DNA of 64,000 bases from Tubiluchus corallicola (Eukaryota > Animalia > Priapulida): positions 60,060-124,059 of the forward strand of contig JAQGDQ010000628.1 of NCBI GenBank assembly GCA_030141605.1, given 5' to 3'. Under the pieces are notes generated by a model. That model had not been told where the DNA came from, did not search any database, and was given only the letters and a program-made list of their open reading frames with translations. Position 1 is the stretch's first letter. Each line of letters begins with the position of its first letter. Shown here piece after piece: positions 14,434-27,800 of the stretch. The position numbers were made by a program, and so were the translations under genes.

Positions 14434-17400
14434 CGTGCATGCGTGCGTGCATGCGTGTGTGTGTGCGTGTATGTATGTGTGTTTGTGTATGTGTGTGCAT
14501 TTATACTACACATGACATAAATAAAATTTGTCATTTCAGTTTTGCACAAATTAGTAAAAAGCAATTAGCGCAACAAATTGGAAACTGTAAAGTAAATTCA
14601 ACTTTACCTATCAATCTAAACGGCACACCTGAAATAGAGCTTAAAAAAGAAAAAATTGAAAAGTGTTTAGAGTTTAGCTATTATTGGATGCTTTGATTGA
14701 ATCGGGAACAAATGAAAATTCAAAGCAATTTGTTCTTGACAGGATACATTTAATCTTACTTTGTGTGGCAGGAACTTAAATTCTTCATGTCATGAAAACT
14801 GTCTGCTATAATTTTCTTTAACAGCTACAGTAACATTTCATTACACAGAAATCAGATGTTCATTACATATGGAATTCAATTGCTCCAGCTATTAAAAATG
14901 CCAACTCGCTGTCCATATTTAAAAAAAATATTAATTAAACTTACTTGAAACATATAACTGATCACTCAATCATGATTTGTTTTTTTTCATTTTCAAAACT
15001 TGTATAGTATGATAATATTTTTATTACTTCCCACCCGTATTTATATTTGTATATATTGTAATATTGTATCTGTATATATTGTAATTTTTTTCGTAACTAA
15101 TTTTAGTGGCCTACCATAAGCTAGCTTCTTAGGTCTCTAGCGCAGTATTCATGAATTGTATCATATTTTTCTATTAACAAAACCTGATCATTGTGCACAT
15201 ATTACATTACATGTGCACGATGATCAGGTTTTGTTAATAGAAAAATATGATACAATTCATGAATACTGCGCTAGAGACCTAAGAAGCTAGCTTATGGTAG
15301 GCCACTAGAATTAGTTACGAAAAAAATTACAATATATACAGATACAATATTACAATATATTGTATATGTTTATTGCGAAATAAATCTATTGAAATCTAAA
15401 ATTATTTTTACCAACGAGATTAAGAACGAGTCCGCGAGAGCACCATGCAGAGGGTGGCACATGAGGGACGACGAATTTATATCATTTTTTTCTAACATGA
15501 AGGGCGACCCCCCAAAACCATGTAACCAAGATATCAAATCGATCGAGCTACTATTAGCAGAGAAATGACCACATCAAGAAATTGACCTCAAAAGAGGCAA
15601 AAAATCGCTATTTTGGGGGGGTTATTTTAACTTTTTCTCCTGTATAAACTATTATAGATGTGTCGATGTAAGTTGGCTGGTACATAGACCCAGACATTGT
15701 CTTCTGATATCCTAACTTTTTCTGACATACTATTAATAGTATCAAAGAACGGGATTTTTCAAATTCGGCTCTTTGTTAAGAGTCCAGGGAGAGGTTAAGT
15801 TGTAAGGCTCATAACTCGCCCACTGCGGGGCTACAGAACATCTGGTTTTCATGTATGTGTTAACCATCATCCTCACTAATAATATAAAAAAGAAAATTCG
15901 CTGGAGCCTGTTTCAGTACTTAGTACTGGCACTTTAAAATTTCACAAAAATCAGCAAAATTCGCCTTTTTTGTAGTTTTTCAATATTTTTTCTATCTATA
16001 TGCTGTATTATAAGTGACAAATTTGTATTCTAAATTTCATGAAAACGCACGAGCTGAGATAATATCATGAATGACATTATATAGAGGGGGCACTGTTAGA
16101 AAAAATTACCATATCAACACACTTTTTTACTTTCCATAGTAATTCCGTCCTTGTGTAAAAAGTAGACATACTTAGCTCAGGTCCTTATATGACAGTAGAT
16201 ATTTAGCCACGTTTAACCTGCATTTTCTGTGACTAGTGCTCTCCATTCCTAGTAGCAATAGATTCCTTTGCCATGGAAATTGCTAGAAATTTGCGAATTT
16301 CATCTTAAATTGGTTTAGTTATGTCGGAATTTTCATAGGACTACAAATATGAATAATTGCCTCTTCTGATGGATTTCTGGACAGGACATCATGCATGCCC
16401 CTAGTACCGAGTCCGACCCTGATTCAGGGCATTCTCTACACACTGAATCGCTAATGGATACCAGGAAAGACTAAACAATAAGCCTTCTAATAGAAAAGAA
16501 GTACCGATTGTTAAGATTGAGAGTCATTGCTAGCGAAAGAATCTGACAACACTTGGTATATACATATGAAATAGAAATCCGTTCATTTTTATACATCCGT
16601 TCATTTTTTATACTTTTTATATGAATAAGCTTCATGGCTATACATAGAAGATTATGAATATCAGTACAAAAATTAAAAAACTACAAAACTCAGTCAGAAT
16701 TAATTTCTCAAAGTCCAAAATACTGTTCCTATTATAGCAGCATAATCCTATCACTGAAGAGTAGTACAAGTAATCAAAACCATAATATCTAAATAATAGA
16801 GAAAGAATTATCGATGCAGGTAGATTAGCACTAGAAGATAGATACAGAAATATAGACAAATATATCATGGGGAAAGTGATGAAGTGAAAATCTTACAGTC
16901 TAAACCTGAGACAATATAGGGGTATGGGCCGCTTCTAGGGGGATGGCGGTGATATTTAGCTCAGAAAATTTTTCTTCACCCATAATTTATTTGTGGCACA
17001 AAATCGATACTTCTGAGAAAAAATATTAATAGTGTGATTGAATGATTGCGCCAATGGCACAAAAATTTTCGATGTTTTACAGTCTAAAAATCACCGGACA
17101 AATGATATCAAGTCTGTCCCATATTTTTTGGGCTTTCGCTCAGATTTAGGGCAATTTTCTTTGTGTCCTGGCTTGTACGCCTATGTAACACAATGAGTAA
17201 TAAATAGGTAATAACCTGTACATAACATTTACAAAGCATAGAAAATAAACAGTACATAAAACATTTTCCAGTCCTCGCAAGTTGCTAATAGATTTACAAT
17301 ATTCGTTTCGTGCGGATAACTAGTCACAATGCCGCATTTAACGCTGGTAATCAGCCCAGAAAACGAACATTTTAGTTCAGCAGTGGCCGCCATCTTGAAT

Positions 17401-19924
17401 GCTGGAGTCCAATCCTGTCGGTAGTTTAACCAATGTGCTGGCCAGGCCCTTAGTTGCCAAAGATGAATATTTATGATGTTTTGAAGTATTTTGACAAGAT
17501 TTGACAACTCATGTTTACCTACACGAAGCTTTTTGATGAACGTTGTTAGCTATATTTTCACCCTGATATATGCCTCTTTCAGGGGTCTTTTACAATAGGG
17601 TGGAAATTCGCTCCATCGAAATTGTCACTGCAGCATAGTGGGATGGGATGCTCTATTCACATACATATCGATATTTTTGTCCCCGCCCCCGCAGTGGGTG
17701 AGATATAAGACTTTGAAATGACTGAGTATTTGCATCTTGTACGTAATGCGTGCTTAAAGACCCCCAGTAGAGCCGAAAGAGGGGGTTTGGGACAAAAGTC
17801 GAAAAGTCGTTTTGGAGAAGATAACAAGATCCAATACTGTGCAGAGTCAGATCTATTCAAACTCAGTGGTTGCTGCATGGCTAATCCTTCAAATATGAGT
17901 AAAAAATAGAAAAAAATAGGTATTTTTTCATGAAAATCGGCTTATGCCGTACCTCTGCTACTATGAGGAGTTGGGCCAAGCGGATTCACATAGTGAATAC
18001 TAGTGACTAGTGGATCTCATACCCGAACTTTGGCTTGAATCGGTTTACCTAACCTTGTGCCGGAATTTTTCGATTTTGCATGGTCTTCTCGCGGACGCGT
18101 TCTTAATACATTTTCTCTTTGTCTTTTGAAGTCAATTCACGGTATTAGCAAGAATATGAAAAGGTCACGTTACAGACACATAAATAAAATTTGAAATAAA
18201 GCAATTTAAGTAGTTTGGGGAGAATGTACGACCATTTGGTCATTTACACACTCACATTAACTTAACACACACAAAAATAAAATAAAAAATACTTTTATAA
18301 TTACAAAAAAATTGCAAATTTGAGTTATTTGATTATCTATGCGCACAGTTCACTGAAAAATACGTAGCAAGGCCGGCAGAATGAGGACAGCAACCACAGT
18401 TATACAGAAATCAAAAAGAAACAACTGACGTTACTGAACTGATGCGGCAGACGGCTTTGCTTTATCCACATGTCAGGTGATTGTTGTACTTAAGACGCGT
18501 CACCGTGTTATATTTAAACTTTGATGTACAACAACTGTGAAAAGGCTTATTGGCCTTTACTTTTATCATTTTAGTCATTACATTTTCATTTTCAAGCAAA
18601 CAAATAATTCAAAACACAAAAGACTTGATTACAAATATAAGTACCTGGTGAAAAAACCATTTTCCAATCTACTGCGATCACGTCCATGTGATATGCATCA
18701 GTTACATCTGAGTAGAAGCTGAGAGTATTTGATGGGAGATCTTCTACCTGTATGTAAACATAATTTCATTATTACCTGATAATTAGTTTTATATAATAAT
18801 TTGAGTGGAATTAACATGAGTGGATTTAATAAACGTTTTTACAGTTCCAGCGATTGATGATGTTTGACAATGCCTTACAGCCCATGCTGTTGTAGTAGTA
18901 GTAGGTTTAACAGCTAGGTAGAACCTTACCTAGTTCATTTTTTGTTCCCAAGAAAAATCCTGCTAGTAATTCACTCAAGGAATAGACTAAAGTCCGCGTA
19001 AAACAACTGGCTCTGCTGAACTGATGCGACAGACAGTCTCGCTTTACCCACATGTCACGGTACACTTAAATTGTGACTACTGCTGCTAGTAGTTCATCTA
19101 GTAAATCACTCAACGCACAGAATAATGTGTAATTAAGTGAGGTCCATATAAAGTGAAGTTACAGAACTAATACGACTTTGCTTTACATATATGGCAAGTG
19201 ACGCTTATAGCAAAGTAGAGTTACAGTGGTACACTTAAGTGGTACACTTAAGATACAGTGGTTTGACTTATAACAACTGCGCGTGCGCACAACGAAACTG
19301 TGAAAAGGCTTATTTTACGAAAATGATTATATGCTGACATAATAATTCCACTTTCGTCTTTTTAAAAATTCTCCCAATACACATGAACACTAGTTAAGTT
19401 AGCTGTGCTTTTCTGTAGTTAAACTAAAAATGCATTACTAGTATGGATGGAATTAATAAATGTAATTGAATTAAACTTAATTAAGGAGGAGAAGTTTCAA
19501 CAATGAGCTGTAATCTGACATTCTCAAGTCTGACACTAACCTGTGAGGAATATCACTGTAGTAATAAATTGAAAATTTATATCGAAAATTCATTTAATGA
19601 AAATTATACATTTCTTTAGGGCATTTGCCCAATTTCAAGGTGCTAAAGGACACAATTTTGTTTTATATTATTTAAATAATTTATTATAATGTCAATCAGT
19701 AAATCAGTCTATTAGAAAATAAACATATTTAAATTGGTTAAAGTTTACAGTTCCTTACGCGCAAGCAATTAATTCGTGAAGTGGACTAGGGTTAGGGTTG
19801 GGCTAAAGGTTAGGGTCAGGGTTAGAATAAGGGTTAAGGTTAGGTGTAGTAGGGTTAACTCATTAGTAGGGTTAGAATTAGGGTATTCAAATTGTTTAGG
19901 GAATTATAAATATGTATGTATGAA

Positions 19925-19963
<39 letters not shown>

Positions 19964-22900
19964 ATGCATGCATGCATGCATGCATGCATGCATGCATGTA
20001 TGTATGTATGTATGTATGTATGTATGTATGTATGTGTATTATACATGTGTCCTGTTACTTTACTTTTTTGCAACATTGAACATAATATAGAAACAAGTAA
20101 CATAACATAATATAATGTAATGTAATGTAATGTAATATGATATGATATGATATGATACGATATATGATACGATATGATACGATACGATACGATACGATAC
20201 GATAAGACACGACACGACACGACACGACACGACACGACACAACACAATATAATATAATATAATACATAACATTATATAATATTAACAAGCATAACTTACA
20301 TTAGGATCAGGATGTTCAACTGCAGCACTGACTACCACACTAACATCACCTACGTCTACCACCTGATCTGCTACACCATCTTTAGTATATTGCACCGTTA
20401 TTTCCACTTTAGGTGTCTCTGTTAAACCTGTGGATGCACCAGCGGTTGCCTGGAAAAAGACGATATCCCCAGACGAAGTTGAGCTTCCCGACTTAATAAT
20501 TTTGTTTGCGTTTCACAAACCCATTACACTAAACAACTTGAGAAAGAATGTTTGTTTTCTATGTTAGAATATAATAGAACTGCACAGAAGAACAAATTAG
20601 CAAAGATTTCATTTCTGTGTGGAAAGTATTATACATTTGGAATAATAGCAGTTACATAAATGATCAGACATCAATGTACAAACAGTAAAAGTTACAAAAA
20701 TTTCACGAATTGTGCAAATGTTGTTTAAAAGTGTTTTTACCGTAACAAAGACTTCGAACGTAAGTTTATTTTGATCAGGTATTTCATCAAGGTCAAATAT
20801 TCCAGTGTTTGTCACGCAGCCAACACTCATTTCCATTTTATAAACGTTATCTAAAATGAACATTTTTTTCAATTAATTATTAGACTGCATCGGACAACAT
20901 GTCACTTTATCAAAAATAATTATCAGACATCATGTTGCTTTATCAGAAATAATTATCAGACATGTTGCTTTATCAGATACAATTAGCAGACATCGTGTTG
21001 CTTTATCAGGAATAATTATCAGACATCTTGTTGCTTTATCAGAAATAATTATCAGACATCGTGTTGCTTTATCAGAAAAAGTTATCAGACATGTTGCTTT
21101 AGCAGACATCGTGTTGCTTTATCAGGAATAGTTATCAGACATGTTGCTTTATCAGAAATAATTATCAGACAACATGTTACTTTATCAGAAATAATTATCA
21201 GATATCATGTTGCTTTATCAGAAAAAGTCATCTGACATGTTGCTTTATCAGATACAATTATCAGACAACATGTTACTTTATCAGAAATAATTATCAGATA
21301 TCATGTTGCTTTATCAGAAAAAGTCATCTGACATGTTGCTTTATCAGATACAATTATCAGACATCATGTTGCTTTATCAGAAATAATTATCAGACAACAT
21401 GTTGCTTTATCAGAAAAGTATCTGACATGTTGTTTTGTTTTGTTTTGTTGTTGTTTTGGTTGTGTTGTTTTGTTTTGTGTTTTTTGTTTTGTTGTTGTTT
21501 TGTTGTGTTTTTTGTTATCGACAACATGTTACTTTATCAGAAATAATTATCAGACATCATGTTGCTTTATCAGAAAAAGTCAGCTGACATGTTGCTTTAT
21601 CAGATACAATTATCAGACATCGTGTTGCTTTATCAGGAATAATTATCAGACATCATGTTGCTTTATCAGAAATAATTATCAGACACATGCTTACATGTTA
21701 CTTTATCAGAAATAATTATCAGACAACATGTTACTTTATCAGAAATAATTATCAGACAACATGTTACTTTATCAGAAATAATTGTCAGACATCATGTTGC
21801 TTCATCAGAAATGAAGAAAAAGATTACAAAATCATATTATGTATATTCAAATCTCAAACAGATGTCATTGAGTTTGTACCATGCATAGATTCACACACAC
21901 GCACGCATGCAAACACCCACCCACACCCACCCATACGCACACACACGCACGCACGCACGCACACACACAGTCACACACCCATGCATGCGCGGATGCACGC
22001 ACACAGTTACGTTAACAGCAGATACACACATGTTCAGATGCACGTCATACATCTAAATTTACCATAATGAGCATGATTTAAAAAAATACTGTTTAAATCT
22101 GAATCTGATGTAGTGGGACTGCCTGTCTGTCCTTCCACTGGAGTGACGTAGGCTATATTTTTCCCTCCACTTATCCACTTAATGCCACAGATGCTAAGAT
22201 AACCGCCTGCATCCCAAGCATTTGTATCGCTGTCAATGATGGTTGCTTCGATGAAGAGTGTTGTCTTTTTGCCAGAGTCAAGTTCAAGGTTGAAGGTGAT
22301 GGTTCCAGTATCCTGTTCGTTAATGTTCAGGGATGTGCCTGATAGCAGGGATGCAACAGGAGCTGCGTCCCCAGAAGCCTGCGAAAGACAAAAAACAAAA
22401 TCAAGATGGTAAATGTGCTACTTTTAATGCTCAAGTAAGACCAAAGATCTTGAATTATATTTTAGTAGCTTTATTACGTTTTATCTGAAAAGCAGTCGAC
22501 GCTCGTAAGTAAAATTACTGGGGATGCTGCTTCAGAAAATGTTTAGCCATTGTTTCAATACTGTGTAAAACGACACAAATATATTCAATTTTAATGCTGT
22601 AATTGTAATTTTAAATAAACAAACATATACACAAACTTGAAAAAATCCTATATTTTGTTTAACTGAACACCGCGTTGATGGAGCACATTTTGCTGGGCTG
22701 TGAAGCAAACAGTACTACCCTCACGCGCTCTGATTCTGCACAAGTATAAAAGACTTATTATAATCAATATTATCGATAATATTGAGTGCAAATGAGGGTA
22801 CCTATACAAGAGCCGCCAGTGATTATAAGTAATTCTACTATATCCAAGGCAGAAAGATGTAGTACATTTGAAGACAAGATTTATACAATTAATTAATTCA

Positions 22901-24687
22901 GGCATATAATTACACAAGTAGTAAACTATTTACAAATACGAGTAGTTCATTAGTTAATACTTCTGTCACGGATTCCCGTGATTGAGTTCTACTCTGCTAT
23001 TATACCTTTCATTTACAGCATTGCAAACTAGTTTATTCCGGTTCTATAACCTTTGCAAATTTATCTAGAGTCATTCAATTAGGTTAACCTTGAATTATTC
23101 ATACGGGCTTCATTCCGAAGCTATAAATTCCTTCGTCACCATTGTACAGGCGAGCATTTGACGTTTGCTTTTCCTACAAGCAGATGTCAAATGGTCCGCC
23201 TAATTCGTTAGGCTAATTTTTTCCCCTTTCTTCAATAGTTTTTTTTATGGTTATGTGCTGATGTGTATCTATAATTAGGTTTACTGCTGTTATAAGTAGT
23301 AACTATGTAATTGCGACAAATCTTGTAAATCGAATAAATTTTATTTGGGTGGCCACTTTTTTTAATCCAATGGTTATGAAGTTTTTGTTAAGAGTCAAAA
23401 TTTAATCTAAATTATATGTTTCAGTATCAGCAAACCATTCTAATTATCAACTCGTAGACTTAAGCGTAATTGTTTAATTAAGAACCAGGTCGACCTCTCT
23501 CCCACATTTTTCACAACTTCATCGAAATATATGCTATCCATAGAACAGATTACCAATGTACGTCAGCTCGTACAAAATTACTGGTTGTTCAGAAACTGAT
23601 ACCTAAGAAGTCTAATACCTGTGGAATTAAAACAATCGTAGAAGCAGTCCCAATGTAAAGTTGATTCGAAGCATAAGTAGTTTATTAATGGGTGAGGTGA
23701 GCATCGAACGTTCGAATCCGATTATAACGCGTTTTTTTAATTCGAATTCGATTCGAATCTAAAATTTTAGATTCGAATAATTCAGCGTTATAACCATATA
23801 CATCTTAATCATTAAAACGTTTGAAACATCATGCAACTAGCAGAATTTAGCTTGATTTCTGTGCGCAATTTTAAACAAATTATCAGTGGTTTTACTGCGG
23901 AACTAAATCGAGCAATATGAGTGATCTTTGTAAGATCACTTTTTACTGGTGGTTGGAAAAATCTTGTTAGAAAATCTTTCAAATTCAATTCGAATTCGAA
24001 ATACTGAAATTCGATTCCATTCCCTTTGTGGTAGAGAATGCTCACCCCTATTAATAGGTAATTGTAAACACAACTTTCAAAATACAGTAAACGTACAATC
24101 AGTATTACGTTCAATGGACTTTATGTAGTTCTGCAACAATATGGATGGATGACCTGATCTAAGTTTGCGAAAAATATCGTTGTGTAAAATTTAAAGTGAC
24201 ATACCAATTTGCACAGAGATGGTCCCGAATCTTTGCCGATCGTCACGTCCACTCCTATGTCACTTACAGAAGCTGACGTCCAAGGCGTGTACTGTATGTA
24301 AGCATGAAGCAATGTACTTGTGAGAGTGCTGAACGTCTGTACTGCAAACTGCATTTCAACTTTCACATCATCTCCGGCACTGCCTGAAATGCGATTAAAA
24401 CTTGGTAGGTATCCAGAGCTTTACCCCACCACGGGCAGCACTTGCTTGCAAAGTAGAGTCTTTTGTTGAGCTAAGACTGCAAGGAGTTGACTGTATACTG
24501 TTGACAAACAATGGGACGGGATACTGTACCAGCCAGTCATTTCATGATCACATGACTGTGAATAATAACAATAATAACAACGATGAAGACGACGACAACA
24601 ACAACAATAATGTTAATATCAATAATAATAACAATAAAAATAGTAATAAAAAAAAAATAATAATAATAATAATAATATAAATATAAA

Positions 24688-24751
<64 letters not shown>

Positions 24752-24804
24752 TATTTATTTTATTACTGTTATTATTATTATTATTAATATCATCATCATC
24801 ATCA

Positions 24805-24842
<38 letters not shown>

Positions 24843-27800
24843 TATTAACCTGACTTCCCAGATGGCTCGTTGGTTTTACAGAGTTAAAAATACAAAAAGA
24901 TCACAGAACTAAAAAAATTTTACACTAGGCAAAATTGATCAAATTACGTCAGGTGACTGAAATTTACAGAAACAACTAAAATTTGACGATTATTATTATT
25001 ATCATTATTATTATTATCATCATTATAAGATAGAAAAAAGAATAATTTTATTGGAACATAAATACCAAATAACTCATAATCATCATTATACTTCAGCGAT
25101 TATTCTTTCTAGGCAGCTCAGTTCATGTACCGTTTTTGTTCATGTACCTGGATTGTTATTTGGAACTTGTCCCAAGAAAGCCCTCATCTCAGAATTGCCA
25201 CCTCTATTAATAGTCGATTGTGTCTCCTCAACATATATGTCCTCCCATTTGGGAAAGCAGAGGGCCCCGCCGGCTTGCTCACTCATCACCCTCGCACTGT
25301 AACAAGGATAAAAAATTGCTAATAACAGTTTCGTCGTGCGCACGCGCAGTTGCTGCAGGTCAAAGGTTAAGTGTGCCACAGCAACGTGTCTTAACTGCAA
25401 CCGTCATGTGACATGTGCGTAAAGGAAAGCAATCTACAGCATCAGTTCAGTCGCTTCAGTTGTTTTAGGTGGACTTTACTAGGAGTAATTTACTAGAAAG
25501 ATCTTGCTTGGAAACAAGAAAAAGTGAATTTCAATTTTCTATTTTTGGGAATGTTTGACTTAAAAAATTCAGCAGGATTTCATTTCATCTTTAACACATT
25601 CATGTTACTAACTTAGAAAAATCTTAGACGAACCACATAGAACATCGAACCATCCAATTTTATGTGCCTTTCGCTGTAACACACCACAGACACTTATGTT
25701 TGTTCAGGGTTCATAACCAGCCAAATTTTGTTAACCTTTTCTGTTCAGGCATGTTTATTTATTATTTTTGCTTTCTTTAATTAATTTTACTCTGGCAAAA
25801 ACATTTGTTCAGTTTTGTGTTTTTCTTTCGCAATCATTTACGTTCTTTCTCTAAGTTATTATACTTTAAACCAACGATTTTTATTGCCTCTAGAACAAAG
25901 AAATTACCAGAATTTAGAAACAACATTGAACCGACCGGTTTTCGAACAAACTGTTCATTATCAAGCCATCTAAAACAAAGAAATTTGCCAGAATTTCGAA
26001 ACAATATTAAACATATTTGGCAGATAAATGTAACTATATCAAAATGGAATTTATTGGGTAAATTTCTTTGCTTTAGCTGCCTTGATAATGAACAGTTTGT
26101 TCGAAACCAGTCGGTTCAATGTTGTTTCTAAATTCTGTTAATTTCTTTGTTTTACCTGCCTTGATAATGAACAGTTTGTTCGAAACCGGTCGGTTCAATA
26201 TTGTTTCTAAATTCTGTTAATTTCTTTGTTTTAGCTGCTTTGATAATGAACAGTTTGTTCGAAACTGGTCGGTTCAATATTGTTTCTAAATTCTGTTAAT
26301 TTCTTTGTTTTAGCTGCTTTGATAATGAACAGTTTGTTCAAAAGCGGTCGGTTCAACGTTGTGTCTAAATTCTGGTAATTTCTTTGTTTTAGCTGATTAT
26401 CAAGACATCTTTTAGCTGTTTCTAAATTCTGGTAAATTCTTTGTTTTAGCTGCCTTGATAATAAACAGTTTGATAATGAAACCTGTCGACAATAAATTCC
26501 GTTTTGATGCAGTTACATTTATCTGCAAAATATGGATAAATCAATGATATCTAGCTACAATTTTTGTTTTTAATGTTCTTGTTTTACATTGGTACATACT
26601 GTTCTAACATGTTATATGTTAGTTTCAGCTGATGAGGCCTGCTGGGGCGAAAGCTACTGAGTAAATATCACAATCATTGAGACTCTAAAGGGCATTACAC
26701 TTTTCTCTGTTAATGATGAAATTTCTTAGCAGAGCTCTCTTGCATTTCCTTACATCTATGAACATCTTTACCTACCTGGTTACAACTGCTTGAGATTCTT
26801 TACAACTATGAACATCTTTACCTACCTGGTTATTTACATCTATGAACATCTTTACCTACCTGGTTACAACTGCTTGAGATTCTTTACAACTATGAACATC
26901 TTTACCTACCTGGTTATTTACATCTATGAACATCTTTACCTACCTGGTTACAACTGCTTGAGATTCTTTACAACTATGAACATCTTTACCTACCTGGTTA
27001 TTTACATCTATGAACATCTTTACCTACCTGGTTACAACTGCTTGAGATTCCTTACATCTATGAACATCTTTACCTACCTGGTTACAACTGCATGAGATTC
27101 TTTACATCCATGAACATCTTTACCTACCTGGTTACAACTGCATGAGATTCTTTACATCTATGAACATCTTTACCTACCTGGTTACAACTGCATGAGATTC
27201 TTTACATCCATGAACATCTTTACCTACCTGGTTACAACTGCATGAGATTCTTTACATCCATGAACATCTTTACCTACCTGGTTATAACTGCTTGAGATTC
27301 TTTACATCCATGAACATCTTTACCTACCTGGTTACAACTGCATGAGATTCTTTACATCCATGAACATCTTTACCTACCTGGTTATAACTGCATGAGATTC
27401 TTTACATCCATGAACATCTTTACCTACCTGGTTACAACTGCATGAGATTCTTTACATCCATGAACATCTTTACCTACCTGGTTACAACTGCATGAGATTC
27501 TTTACATCCATGAACATCTTTACCTACCTGGTTACAACTGCATGAGATTCTTTACATCCATGAACATCTTTACCTACCTGGTTACAACTGCATGAGATTC
27601 TTTACATCCATGAACATCTTTACCTACCTGGTTACAACTGCTTGAGATTCTTTACATCCATGAACATCTTTACCTACCTGGTTACAACTGCATGAGATTC
27701 TTTACATCCATGAACATCTTTACCTACCTGGTTACAACTGCATGAATTCTTTACATCCATGAACATCTTTACCTACCTGGTTACAACTGCATGAATTCTT

